Source: Vitrella brassicaformis CCMP3155 (taxonomy: Eukaryota; Protista; Chromerida). Taken from it: a DNA stretch of 26,857 nucleotides. Location of the stretch: contig CDMY01000726.1 of NCBI GenBank assembly GCA_001179505.1, forward strand, positions 1 through 26,857. Reading direction: 5' to 3'. Positions 1-11,100 of the stretch are shown in pieces. A model generated the notes under the pieces. The model did not search any database. It was not told where the DNA came from and saw only the letters and a program-made list of their open reading frames with translations. The position numbers and the translations under genes are program-made. The first letter of the stretch is position 1. Each line of letters starts with the position of its first letter.

Positions 1-228
1 GGATTCGCTCTCGCTTGTCTATCGCCCTCGCGCGTGCGACTAGCTTCTGTCTGCGTGGGGGAGGGAGGGGAGGGTTTGCGGGACTGGGGTGTGCTGATGG
101 GGCGGGGATTGATCCCTCCTCCCCTTGAGCCTGTTTGACTCTGCATGCTGATGGGACTGTATTTGTATGAGTATCACGGACACACAGACGAGTGTTACGG
201 TTAATAACAGTTTCCCCCTCTTATTCAG

Positions 229-770
229 AAGGAGGTGGCCAGAATTGGGAAGGAGCTTGCGCCTCTGGTGGAGCAACATGCCAAAGTGGTTGCCATGGCG
301 CGGCAAAAGGGGTACAAAGAGGGACAAACATGGAATCCAAGTTGATTAACTGCTGTGTGTGTGAGGATGCAGGTCTGAAGCTGTTGAGCTGCTGAAGGCG
401 TACATACAGTACGAAGATGCGATGGAAAAGAAGCGATTCGATCTGCTGCTCTATAAAGAAGTCGCTCACCAGACGGCACATTCATTGACGGGGGTCACCT
501 TGTGTGCGCATTTGTGTGTCGGTGTGTGTGTGTCGGTGTGTTAGACCTAGACATGGTGGCGTCTGTCGCAGAAAAAGGAGGCATACACGCACGCACGCAC
601 ACACTCACACAAGTGCAGACACACCTGCGCTTGTTATCTCCCTGTGTACCTTTGTGGTTTTCCACACAGAGAACGACAATATCATCAAGTTCGATCCGGA
701 GATCATCATGCTGGCGGGGAGTCTCGTTCCTGGCGCACGACTCAGCGACGTCATTGCAAAGGGCGAGTAG
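229..770 (+). CDS. 3' part of a hypothetical protein gene (5' end outside or unresolved); exons 229-311, 373-503, 545-580, 670-770
   Basis: Phase-consistent splicing gives KEVARIGKELAPLVEQHAKVVAMARQKGSEAVELLKAYIQYEDAMEKKRFDLLLYKEVAHQTAHSLTGVTLYLDMVASVAEKGENDNIIKFDPEIIMLAGSLVPGARLSDVIAKGE*. The model needs a 41-nt intron and a GC donor at 581. No family recognised. Confidence 0.55.
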
Positions 771-817
771 ACTCCTTGCCGCCACCGCTCACCATTCACC
801 GAAAGGAAGCGCACAAC

Positions 818-857
818 GACAGACAGACAGACAGACAGACAGACAGAGAGAGAGAGA
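818..857. repeat. compound microsatellite (GACA)7(GA)n in the convergent 3' intergenic region
   Basis: Read directly from the sequence; representative of many AC/GT, GACA, GGAT and GGGA microsatellites across the window. Confidence 0.9.
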
Positions 858-1546
858 GTGTGTGCGATGGAGGTGTGTATGTCAGTGTGCGAGCGGCTGT
901 CGGTCGGTCCGTCATTGTGTGTGTATGTGGACATATACTATATTGTAACATACATCGTGCACCTGCCTGCCCGCCAAAGGAACCATGCATTAGTTTGTAG
1001 TGTGCCTGAGTGAGTGCGGTGGCCCGCACACTTCTCCAACACAGACGGGGTGGGTAAGCGATGGTAGCTTGACAGACAGAGGGTCGGATGGATCACACGT
1101 GTAGCTCTCTGTTTGAGAATTTTCTGTATGGATCTCACTCACCATCTTCTTCCTTACCACCCCATTCATTCAATACTCCTTCGTCTGCCAGTATCATGAC
1201 GATCCACACAGACGTACGAAAACAACCCCGAACAGACAGCCAAACTGCATCTCCTCCCTCCCAGTCAACAAACCACCGGCCCGCCGGCCATCGAGCTAGG
1301 TATGTGTGTGTGCGCGTACCAGTGGGGAAACAAACACGAAAGATCGTCCACGCACACGCACCTCACCCACCCCACCCTCCCACCCCTTCACACACGCACA
1401 GCACCGACTGCCAGCCATGTATACACACATATGCACACATCAACCATCCCTCCCTCCCTCCCTCCCTCCAGTCCCCTCCCTTCCTCCCCTACGGTGGGTG
1501 GATGGGGGTATGGGTGTTTGTGTGTCTGTATCCTCATGTGTCAGGG

Positions 1547-2849
1547 TCAGGTGATGAAGATGCGCCTGATGTCGGTGAAGGGCTGTCGGCATGGGGGGCA
1601 CCTGCGCGAATCTCTGTTCGGCGAGCATCTTCAGCACATAATTGGCACACAACTCCTGGACACGCACGTGCACACACACAGAGGGAGAGAGGAAGAGAGG
1701 GAGGCAGAGAGATAGATGTGTGTGGTGTGGTGTGTTGTGTGTGGGTATGTAAAGACATACGTACCCGGTGTCCGCAGGGAATGACTGCGTGTGTCGTGGC
1801 GGCCTTCCAGCAGATGACGCACTCGAGCTTGCCGTCGTTCAGATGCTCACACGCTACTTCGGCGTTTCGGTGACACACACAGACACACAGATACAGACGA
1901 CTCACACACGAGTGTAGTACGGTGTTGGGTGTTGGGTGTCACGAAGGCATGGCTGCGCACCTCGGCCTCCGTGTGGAGGTCGGCTATGCGCTTCATGGCG
2001 GCCTGGCAAACACATCAACACACACATCCCCGCGCCGCAAGGTGGATGCCCGCTTCTTCGCTGGATGGGTGGGTGGATGGAGTGTTGGGTACATTACATT
2101 CTTGACGGCGTTCAGGCGGGTGACCTCCTCATCGATCTGTCCAGAGAGCTTCATGACGGCCGTCACCGAGCTCAACGAGCTGCAGTGCCGAGCTCAACGA
2201 GCTGCAGTGCTCCAGAGTGAGGCTGATCGACACATCCACACACACACACACACACTGGCAGCAGCACCCACTTACTTTGGGTCGGTGCTAGCTAGCACTG
2301 CTGCTGGGGCTGCTCGCATCGGTGTTCGTATTGTCAGCGGCGGTCGTGACACGCGAGTGCTCGGCTTCGAGAGCTTCATGGACCGCCTGCAGGGCGGTGA
2401 GGGTCTCACGCACGGTTGACAGACTGATGGATCATCACACACACACACGTATACGCACACAAGAGAGGGAGAGGGAGGGGTGTGGGTGTGGGAAGGGGTG
2501 AGGGCTGGATGAGGGAGAGCTTCGTACTTACCTCTGGTCAGTTTCTGCCTTCTCCTTGAGTGCGATCTCTAGCTGCTGTCTGCACGACGTCAACTGCACA
2601 CACAGAGGGAGAGAAGGATGTCCGCATGGATGGATAGATGGATGGATGGATGGATGGATCTGTGTGTGCGTACCTGAGCGCGTCATTGCTCTGCCCGGCT
2701 TCCTGCAGCTGCTGTCTGCAAGCAGAAATACCACACACGACACACACGAGCATCTGTGTGTGTGATGTGTGTGTGTGTGTGTGTGTGTGGAGGGGAGGGT
2801 ACCTCAGTGCGTTCATCTCCTCAGTGTCTGACGGCAAGTAGGCGCCCTT
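1547..2849 (-). pseudogene. disrupted coiled-coil + C3HC4 RING E3-ligase-like gene; exons 2849-2803, 2715-2674, 2579-2532, 2423-2276, 2222-2098, 2002-1961, 1869-1765, 1655-1547; first exon probably around 2900-2970
   Basis: Reconstructed ...EEMNALRQQLQEAGQSNDALRQQLEIALKEKAETDQSLSTVRETL...QIDEEVTRLNAVKNAAMKRIADLHTEAERNAEVACEHLNDGKLECVICWKAATTHAVIPCGHR...CPPCRQPFTDIRRIFIT*. Lesions: a 4-nt duplication at 2287-2294 creating an in-frame TAG, a 22-nt duplication at 2166-2209, an acceptor reading CAC instead of CAG at 1870, and a frameshift in the last exon. Confidence 0.72.
2166..2209. repeat. perfect 22-nt tandem duplication (ccgagctcaacgagctgcagtg x2) inside an exon
   Basis: The two copies lie at 2166-2187 and 2188-2209. 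Removing one restores the frame LTLEHCSSLSSVTAVMKLSGQIDEE and the splice phases. Confidence 0.95.
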
Positions 2850-3068
2850 CTGACAGACAGACAGACAGACACACAGAGATGTTAGCTTGTTTGACATTCT
2901 CGATGCTTCTGGCTGCTCGTGTGGCGCTCCTGCTCTCTGCTGCGCTTGCGCGTCCTCCCTCTTCGCACATCTAAGCTCGCATTCATCGCTGGATCGTGTT
3001 GGACAGACCGACAGGGGACTTGGCCGCCAGGCGCTCCCTGAAACCGCTGCTGCTGTCGCTGGATCGCG

Positions 3069-4195
3069 ATGGCGCTGGTGTTGCTTCTGTTGCTGCGTGC
3101 TCTGTTTGCGGCCAACACCCTTGGCCACAGAGCGGACACGGTCTTCATCGAGGGTCCCGCCCTGTTTCTGCCTCGGGGCAGAGGTCGCCGACACGTAATA
3201 AGGTGGAAAGAAGATCTCGATGGTGTAGCAACACACATCAGCGCGGTGTGCGATGACAAAGAACGCGAGATCGGCGGCTCTATCTGACTCAGTGTGTCTG
3301 TGTGTGGTGTGTGTGTTGTGCAGCCTTGAGTGCGCCTGATGGTGGCATGGACACAGCCCCCGACGTGGTGGCCCCTGACGCAGAGGCTCCGTCTCCCTCC
3401 CGGCAGCCGCAGCGTGGCCCGCTGCCCAACCTGACGCTATCGGATGCTTTCCTGAATGAGTGGAAGTTTTGGCAAAACGACTGGAGCCTCAGCATCAAGT
3501 ACACACACACACACACACACACTCGCCAAGCCAACGAGCGGATGTGTGCGCGTGTGTGTCACGGTGTGCGTGTGTGTCATCATGTCATCAGGAAGATGTT
3601 TTCGTATAAAGGGGAGCAGGACGACATGAATCTGCTGTTTTACGTGTGGCCCCTCTTGATGGAGGTCATGAGGCTGAGCGGCCGGCGCATCCGCATTTGG
3701 CTCGAGCACGACCCATATGGCCACCGCTTCAAGCACTTCATCATCGAGAAGGACGGCAGACAAGCAGAGCCCTCAGGCGGCCACACATTCCTCCTCGTCT
3801 TTGGCAGAGATCCCAACATGTCGGGCCGGAAATTCATTGAAGCGCAGCTTCCCGTTGAAGACATGCCTTACGGCGCCACCACCGTCGGCACCAGCCATTG
3901 GTTCTTCTACAAGCACCACCGCAGCACGGGCAAGGTCGAGAAGATCAAGAGGTTCTTTCTCCCCAGGGAGCCGCAGGAGGTCGTCGATTTCCTGGTTTGG
4001 TGCCTCAACGAGGGGGAGAAGGAGACCCGAGAGAGGGCGGGGGATGAGGGAGCAAAGCAAGGAGAGAGAGAAAGGGACGTCGAGAGGGAGCTGGAGGCCC
4101 TCCTTGCTGAGTTAGGTGTGGGAGTGAGCTGCCGCACCACCCAGCCAGCCAGGCGACTGGCGGACGGACGGGTGGTCGGCCAGAGATCTGAATAA
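3069..4195 (+). CDS. hypothetical protein, ~310 aa, possibly secreted; exons 3069-3222, 3324-3498, 3592-4195
   Basis: Exons 2-3 join in phase (SLSIK|KMFSYKG) across a canonical GT-AG intron and encode a complex globular-looking region. An acceptor at 3323 implies an upstream exon; the best candidate starts MALVLLLLLRALFAANTLG. Exon 1 is less certain. Confidence 0.65.
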
Positions 4196-5155
4196 GTGCA
4201 GCATAAATAAGCTGGTAGGCGTGTGTTTGTGTCTGTGTGTCTGTGGGTGTGTCTGTGTGCATCTTGCTGCTGGCAATGAAGTTTGCGTAGGCCGGCTGGC
4301 TGGTGTGTTGTGGTTTGTGTGTGTCAGCCTGACTGACAGACGGTTGGTTGCCTGACCTGTGGCTCATTCAATAGATTGCCTGCCTGTCTGTCGTTGGTGT
4401 TGGATCGGTCGAAAGACGGAGTGCAGCTAGCTCAGCGTGCGCATGGGGATTCAACTATGAATGCTGCGATGTGTGTCCACCCACAGTCTCATGCAACGAT
4501 GTACTTGGCCGTTGCGCTTCCGCCGGTCATGACCACCATGACCATCACGGCACCAAGAGAAGATGCACTCTCTCTGTCACATTGACAGGCACACGGCCAG
4601 GCAGGCAGGCAGGCAGGCAGGCCACAGTTGTCCTCCATCGATCTGTCGGAGCCACAAACACCTCCGATGGATGCGTCCCACCCACCACAGGAGTGCCGCT
4701 GCTCTGATTGACCAGCGAGGGCGGCACTTGAGATGGCAAAAACACCCGCACCCACACACAGACACACACAGACACACACACACTGAGGCATTCAGACAGG
4801 CACCGCAGGCAACGACAGACAGACAGACGGAGAGGCATTTCTTCTCAGGAGGAGAAAGAAGTCAGCCGGAAAAACGCATAAAACCGATCACTACGGGGAG
4901 AGGACGGCTGGGAGGCATGCCGATCGAACGAGGGGCGGCGAGTGACAAAAACGACATCCGTTCATCGCGCTCACGCACACACATCGATGGTTTAAACTAC
5001 AAAACCGAGGCATCGCAGCGATCGAAAACTGCAGCATGCACTGCACGCGACACGCGACACAGGTAGGTACGTCGACGCTCCGTAGAAAAACCTATCTCTC
5101 TCATCTGTCTGCAACCTTCTGCTGCAGGTGTGGCTTTGGTTTGGTTTGTGTCGGC

Positions 5156-8006
5156 TCATGATCGCTTGATGGGCTTGACCATGAGGCCTCTGGGCTTGTA
5201 GCTGCACACACAGACACGACAGACACGAGGAAGGACACACACAACACAACACGCAGGAATGAAGGGCACATTGTGTGAGTGAGTCGCTCACGTGATTGAG
5301 TAGAAAAACTCCGGCTCGGTCGTGATCTCGAACTCGTAGCGCTTGAACAGCGCCGCGATTGTCATGCGGACCTGAAGAGCCACAGAGAAGAAGACCACAC
5401 ACCACACCGCTTCCATTTCATTCTGTGTGTGTGTGCAGCGGTTGCCCCCTGCTGTGCTGGGTTACCTCAATCAGCGCCAGGTGTTGGGCAATGCTGCACG
5501 CATTGCACGAACAAGTGGACGAGAGAGAGAGAGATGTGGTGTGTAAGGTCGTCGCCTGATCTCACCAAGATCTTGGAGCGATGCTGAAGGGCTGGAAGAG
5601 TTTGTTGTAGACCTTGAGCTGCTCCTCGGAGGCCTCCAGCCATCGCTCTGGACGAAACACCTTGCCATCGCCCCAACTACGGCCACCACACACACACACG
5701 GCAGGAAGGGGTCGCAGTGGACAAAGCACTTGTTTCCTTGATGCGTGTGTCTGCTCGGTCGCTAGCATAGGATACATTCGGTCGTCTCTGAGTCGGGCGA
5801 ACAACGGCACGAGCATCTGGTAGCCGCCCGGGATCCAGTAGCCCACGCCGCGAGAGGTGACCTTGAAGCCGCTCTCTGTCTGCCGTCGGGTGCCGTTGCT
5901 CACGGCGGGAGAGCTGCACACACACACACACAGACACACATACACAGAAAGAGAGAGAGAGAGTAGGGGTGGATGGATCTCGGTGTGTCTTGTGGTTGGT
6001 TGGTCACTGACATGCGCATGATTTCTTTGACACAGGCGTTGAAGTAGGGCAGCTGGGCCAGCTCGTCGTAGGAGGGAAGCTCCTCCGCGAACTTGGCCGC
6101 ATCCAGCTCCTGCACTCAACACACAACGAAGGAGCGCATCGAGGCCTGCATCTCATTTGCTTGTGGGGGTCGCTCTGTCTGTCTGCCGCGCGTGTGTGTA
6201 TATTTGTATGTGTGTGTTTTGACCTACCTGTTGGAGCTTCTTGAGCACACGGGGATTGCTGGACAAGTGATAGACAGCCCATGAAATGGTATAGCCAGTC
6301 GTGTCATGGCTTTTCCGATGGATGGATGGACAGATGGACAGACACAACGCACACACCACGGCACCATGGTGGATGCATTCATTTGAGTGCATGTGTGTGT
6401 GTGTGTGTGTGCGTGTGTGTGGTGCCCACCCACCCACCCGGCCCAGAGGAGGTTGTAGATATCGCACAGCTTCTCGAACTCAGATTGGTAGCCAGGATTG
6501 TTGTGGATGTACGACATGATCGACGTGGCCTGCGCACATAACACACCACACCGACGACACACATCCATCCACCCGCTGCGTGTGATTGGCAGCGCAGCGC
6601 AGCGCAGCGCTAAACCTCACTACTCACTGACGTCTTGTTTGTCTGCTGGTGTGTCGAGAAACTGGCGGTAGATCTTGCGGCACACGTCACGGAACAGGCG
6701 GATGGACTGGTAATACTCGCGGACTTGGTCCTTCCAGACCATGTAAGGACTGCACACACACACACACACACACAGAGGAAGGACGCATGCAAACACACAC
6801 ACACACACACAGTGGGTGGGTGGGTGGGTGGGTGAGGTGCGGTTGGCGCACCGAAATGGGTTTATGGCCGAGTAACGGGTCTCACGGAATATCACATCAA
6901 TGGCGCGCAGGAGGGCCTTGGCCTCGCCGTTGCGCTCGTCGTCAAACGCGTGAAACTTGTAACTGACACACACACACACACACACACAGACCATCGACAC
7001 ATGACCCGAGCCAATGTGTGTGTGTTGATCGAGGCTGTGCGTGTGTGGGTGTGGTGTGTCGTGTGTGGGTATGTACTTGTATGCCACCTCCCCGATCATG
7101 TCGATGGTGTAGCGCAGCCCCCACTCGGGCATGTTGACGATCGTCCCTTTGTCGGCAGCGTCGTCGAGGGCCTTGACGAAGCTCCCCAGCACTCGGTGGT
7201 AGATAGGCGTCTTGGCCACCAAGGTCTTGTTCCTGAACGAGCCAATCAACATACCAAACAGGCAGGCAGGCACATGCAAAGAATGCAGCCAGCCCATTAT
7301 GCGTTCCCATCTGTGTCTGTCTGTCTGTGTATCAGACAGTCAGTGTGGCCACATGCATGCCGTGCGTACGAGAAGGCAGGGGCGAGGGCCTTTCTGATGG
7401 CGTGCCACCCCTCTCCGCTGGTCTTGCGCGAAATGATGCTCCGCGTGCGCGTCATCTGGCCTTCCCCGAACAGGTCGAACATCTGGTACATGTGGGATTT
7501 CTCGAGGCCATCGGGTCCTAACAGTGTGTCCCAGCAGGACGTGTCGGTGCAGATATACATGCGCTTGCCGACGGGCAGCTGCACATAGAAGACGTCGCTG
7601 CCGAGCTCGTCACGCCACTTCTCGTGCCTGACACACACACACACACGCCATGCATACGGTCAGTCAGTTGCCTGTGTGCACAGGTGTGATGATGTTGGCA
7701 TCCATGCTGTCTGACTACTTACAGGTGCGGGTCTTTCCCCGAGCGCAGCGCATCAAATGCCTCCATCGGTGTGAGCTTCACACAAGGCACCTCGCGCAGC
7801 TTGGCCTTCTCCTCTGGCGTGACCTGGCGCAGGGCGTCCGGCCGGCCACCTTGCTTGCCCTCGACACTCGATGATGCATTGGCGGCCTTCTTGCGCTGCA
7901 GGCGGAGCACCTCCTCGAGGCCGATAAGGCAGACGACGCCGGCGGTGGCGCCAGCGAGGAGGGGCAGCAGGGACGATGGCTGCTCGAGATCTGCTGTCAC
8001 CGGCAT
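5156..8006 (-). CDS. cytochrome P450 monooxygenase, 533 aa, 13 exons (8006-7723, 7627-7370, 7232-7077, 6962-6852, 6749-6632, 6529-6438, 6309-6228, 6109-6012, 5913-5776, 5676-5566, 5493-5466, 5371-5292, 5201-5156)
   Basis: All junctions are phase-consistent. Motifs: N-terminal hydrophobic anchor (LLPLLAGATAGVVCLIGL), C-helix WHAIRKALAPAFS, I-helix AGHDTT, K-helix EIMR, FRPERW meander, heme loop FSIAPRSCIAQHLALIE. CYP family not assigned. Confidence 0.95.
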
Positions 8007-8153
8007 GGGGATTCGCTGCAGATCCAGGGGGGAAAGGATCGGGTGAAAGGGGATAGTTGACTGTCGAGAATTCGGGAAAAGTAATGCGTCACTCCATATT
8101 GTTTGCAGGAAGACACATGAACCACAGACGCAGCTCCAGGCCAAAATCTCCCA

Positions 8154-11100
8154 CTACGTCTTACTTGGCGTACTCAAGAACGGACTTAATTGACGCTTCC
8201 GTCTTCTCCTAGCTCTCGTGGTCGGCGACTCGCCTCCCAGCGTCATGAACACATCCGATTCACCCCCAAACACACCCTGTCGACGCTTACAGTGGCTGCT
8301 GCCACCCTGAGGCCCAGCTCCTGATGTCTGCACACTAGTCACCGGCACAGAGACGTGCTCCGGTGTCTGTGCTGTTGTTATCGCTCGAGAGAACGGGGGC
8401 GGGAGGAAGAGGTGGGCCAGCAGGTGTTCATCGGCAGGAAGCAGGTCGTGAAGGACGCCTGTCTGCGGACGGAGCAGGAAGGGCCGGAGCGGGGGAATGG
8501 GAGATAAACGATCCATCGAGCCGCTCGCCTGTCCCTGCAGACACAGAGACATAGAGACACAGACAGAAGGTAGAAGGCCCACTTCACATTTCTACGTACC
8601 TTAATGCTGCAGATCGACTTAAGCGCAGATTGTTCCTTGACCAGCACAGATATTTCATCCCACCTCTCGTGCAGCGCGTCCATATCCAATGTATCAAGAC
8701 AAGGAGCCGCCGTCTCCTCCTTGTCTCTCCCCACGAGCCGCCGCCAAGCGCCCTGCTCTCGCTCTCGGTCTCGTCCCGCCTCTGTCACTCTGCTGACAGG
8801 CGTGTCTCTGTGCGGCGAGAAGTACTCTGCCAGGCAAGGTTCAGGGGAGGGGCTCCGACTCGATCGCAGAGAGGAGAGCGAGAGGGGAGGGGGCGACGGG
8901 CACGGCGAGGGGGATCGGCTGATGTGCTGCTGATGCTGGTGATGGGAAAGGACCTCGAGGCGAGCCTTAATGTAGGTTAGCAGCCACACCGACTTGGCGA
9001 ATGAGGAGCAGATGGCGTGTTCTGATGACCTGTAAGGTATGTGACAGACAGAGAGACAGAGAGGGAGGATACACGTCCGTGCAGCTGTCGGGTGGTCTGT
9101 CCACTCACGACTTACATACGTGTAGTAGGTGAGATATGCAAAGACGAGACGAAAGAGGCTCTCCACAAACGCCGCCAGCCCCCAAAGCTTCACCAGCCGC
9201 TCGCTCTCCTTCTCGCTTCGCGTCTCCTTGCTCGCCACAGTGGTCCTCCGCCGTCTCGCCCTCCCGCCCTCATCGGTTGTGCTGGCCCTCCTCGGCCCAG
9301 CCGCTGTGTGTGAACTCTTCCGCCGTGTGTCCGTCTCAGTGGCCTGCGGCTGTGCATATGTAGTTGTGCGCTTGTGTCTGCCTCCGCTATATGATTGCAA
9401 TCGGTAGGCGTCCAGACAGACGGCGTGTTTGTGGATCCGCTTGGCCATCGAGAGGGGCAGCAGGGCGGAGGTCAGGGCGAAGTCTTGACAGAATCGGAGG
9501 AACCTTGGCAGAGACATGAAAGGGAATGGTGACCTGAAGGCAGAAATGGCACGAACGCACTCCACGGTCATTCACTGATCGATCCACATGGGTGCTGATC
9601 GCTCACATGTCGTCCATGTCTTGCTCATTTCCAGCTGCACGCCATCTGTCGATGTGTGTGTGCCAGTTCGGCCCGCTGACGAGTGTCCACCCGCTGGCCA
9701 CGAGGTCTGATGCTGCGGTGTGGTTGGTGGCGTATGCTGCAAATAGCTGCCACCAGAGGGGCAGGTGGATGTGGATCAAGTGGCTGACCTCCGGCTCGAC
9801 CAGACGATTCGACAAAGCCACTTGCATCGCGCGATAGGCCTGGGCGGCATCAAGAAAGACGTCCATTTTTGTGTCTCTCTGTGATGTTCTCACCTCTGAT
9901 GTGGCCAGGAGGCTGTCGCGCTGCGCGGAGGGCCTCGGCTGCTCCTTTTTGTCCTTGACAGGTCCGGCCGCCTGTGCGTCGACCACGACTCTCGTCTCCT
10001 TCTTGGGCTTCACCACCACAGGCAGGGGCACAGGTGGTGCGGATTCTACCACCGACACAGGGACGGACGGCGGCGCCGGCTGCAGCCTCCATCTCAGCGA
10101 CGTCTCCCAGTCGGACACTTCGCTGAGACCAATGCTGCCTCTCCTCTGCTGCTGGTACCGATGACCATGTCCCAGCCCTCCTGCCGCTGCCGCTGCTGCT
10201 GCTTCCGTCGCTCGTCTGGTCTCCCTTTTGCTGGGGGTGGGCTTTTCGACTTTTTCGGCTGTCATTTGCTTCTTGCTGGTTCTCTGTTTGGTAGCCGCAC
10301 TCAGAGAAGGGGACGACACAGTGCCTGGGGCGGGTGGGGCTGTGAGACGGTTGGGAGGGCGGTGCAAAGCGGGCAGGTGGCTGAAGGACTGTGCTGTCGT
10401 GTCTCGCGTCGTCGCCCGCCAATGACGGGCGACCGCGACCGATTTGGTCACTTTTCGGTATGCGGTGTCCCAGTGGGCACGTGATCGAGCGGCGACGATG
10501 GCTGCCGTGTCTCTATTGTCTCTTGTGTCTTTTGTCGCCTGCCGCGGATGTGTCTGTGTCACGTCGTCCTTTGTCCGCGTCGCACGTGTCGACGGGGCTC
10601 TGCTCAGTGTGTTGGACCGAGACCGACCGCTGGACAATGCCGCTGATCTGATGGGCTGACACACACACACACACACACGCACAGACACACGAAGAGAGAG
10701 AGAGGGAGAGATGTCTCCCTCTGCGTGATGGGCGGTGTGTGTCCCTACATACCTTTCCATCATCGGTTTTCGTCTTGTCTCTCTCTCTGCTGAAATCAGG
10801 TGCAGAAGTCTCCTTTAGAGCCTTGAGTGGCAGCGCCCTGGCCGCCCGCGGCAACGCATTGCCGAAGAAACTTGCGGCACTTTTTGTGGTCGCGTCATCA
10901 TAGGCGTCGTCGTGGGAGGTAGCGAGCAGCAGCGCCACGAGAGACACAAACCTGTGTGTCGGCAGGGAGGGGAACTGTGATGTTGCTGTCGTTGCTTGAG
11001 AGACCTCAGATGCCATCTGACAGGGCGAGGGAGGGCACATGCTCGTGCATGCCTGTGTCTCTATGTGAGTGTCATGTCTGTGTGGTGTACCTGGTCGAAG

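Noticed and set aside
1088-1873. 261-aa + strand ORF
   Set aside because: Composed of microsatellite-derived HT/CV/PS runs plus the antisense of the RING exons.
2538-3259. Minus-strand ORFs of 232 and 125 aa extending the pseudogene upstream
   Set aside because: They run through introns and overlap the + strand gene's first exon in antisense; the first exon of the pseudogene could not be fixed.
4196-5155. Several 60-170 aa ORFs between the orphan gene and the P450
   Set aside because: Convergent 3' region rich in microsatellites; no consistent splice chain or recognisable product.
8007-8200. Possible spliced fusion of the p25alpha-like gene to the P450
   Set aside because: The candidate donors near the upstream stop are phase 1, whereas in-frame acceptors before the P450 ATG are phase 0 or 2.
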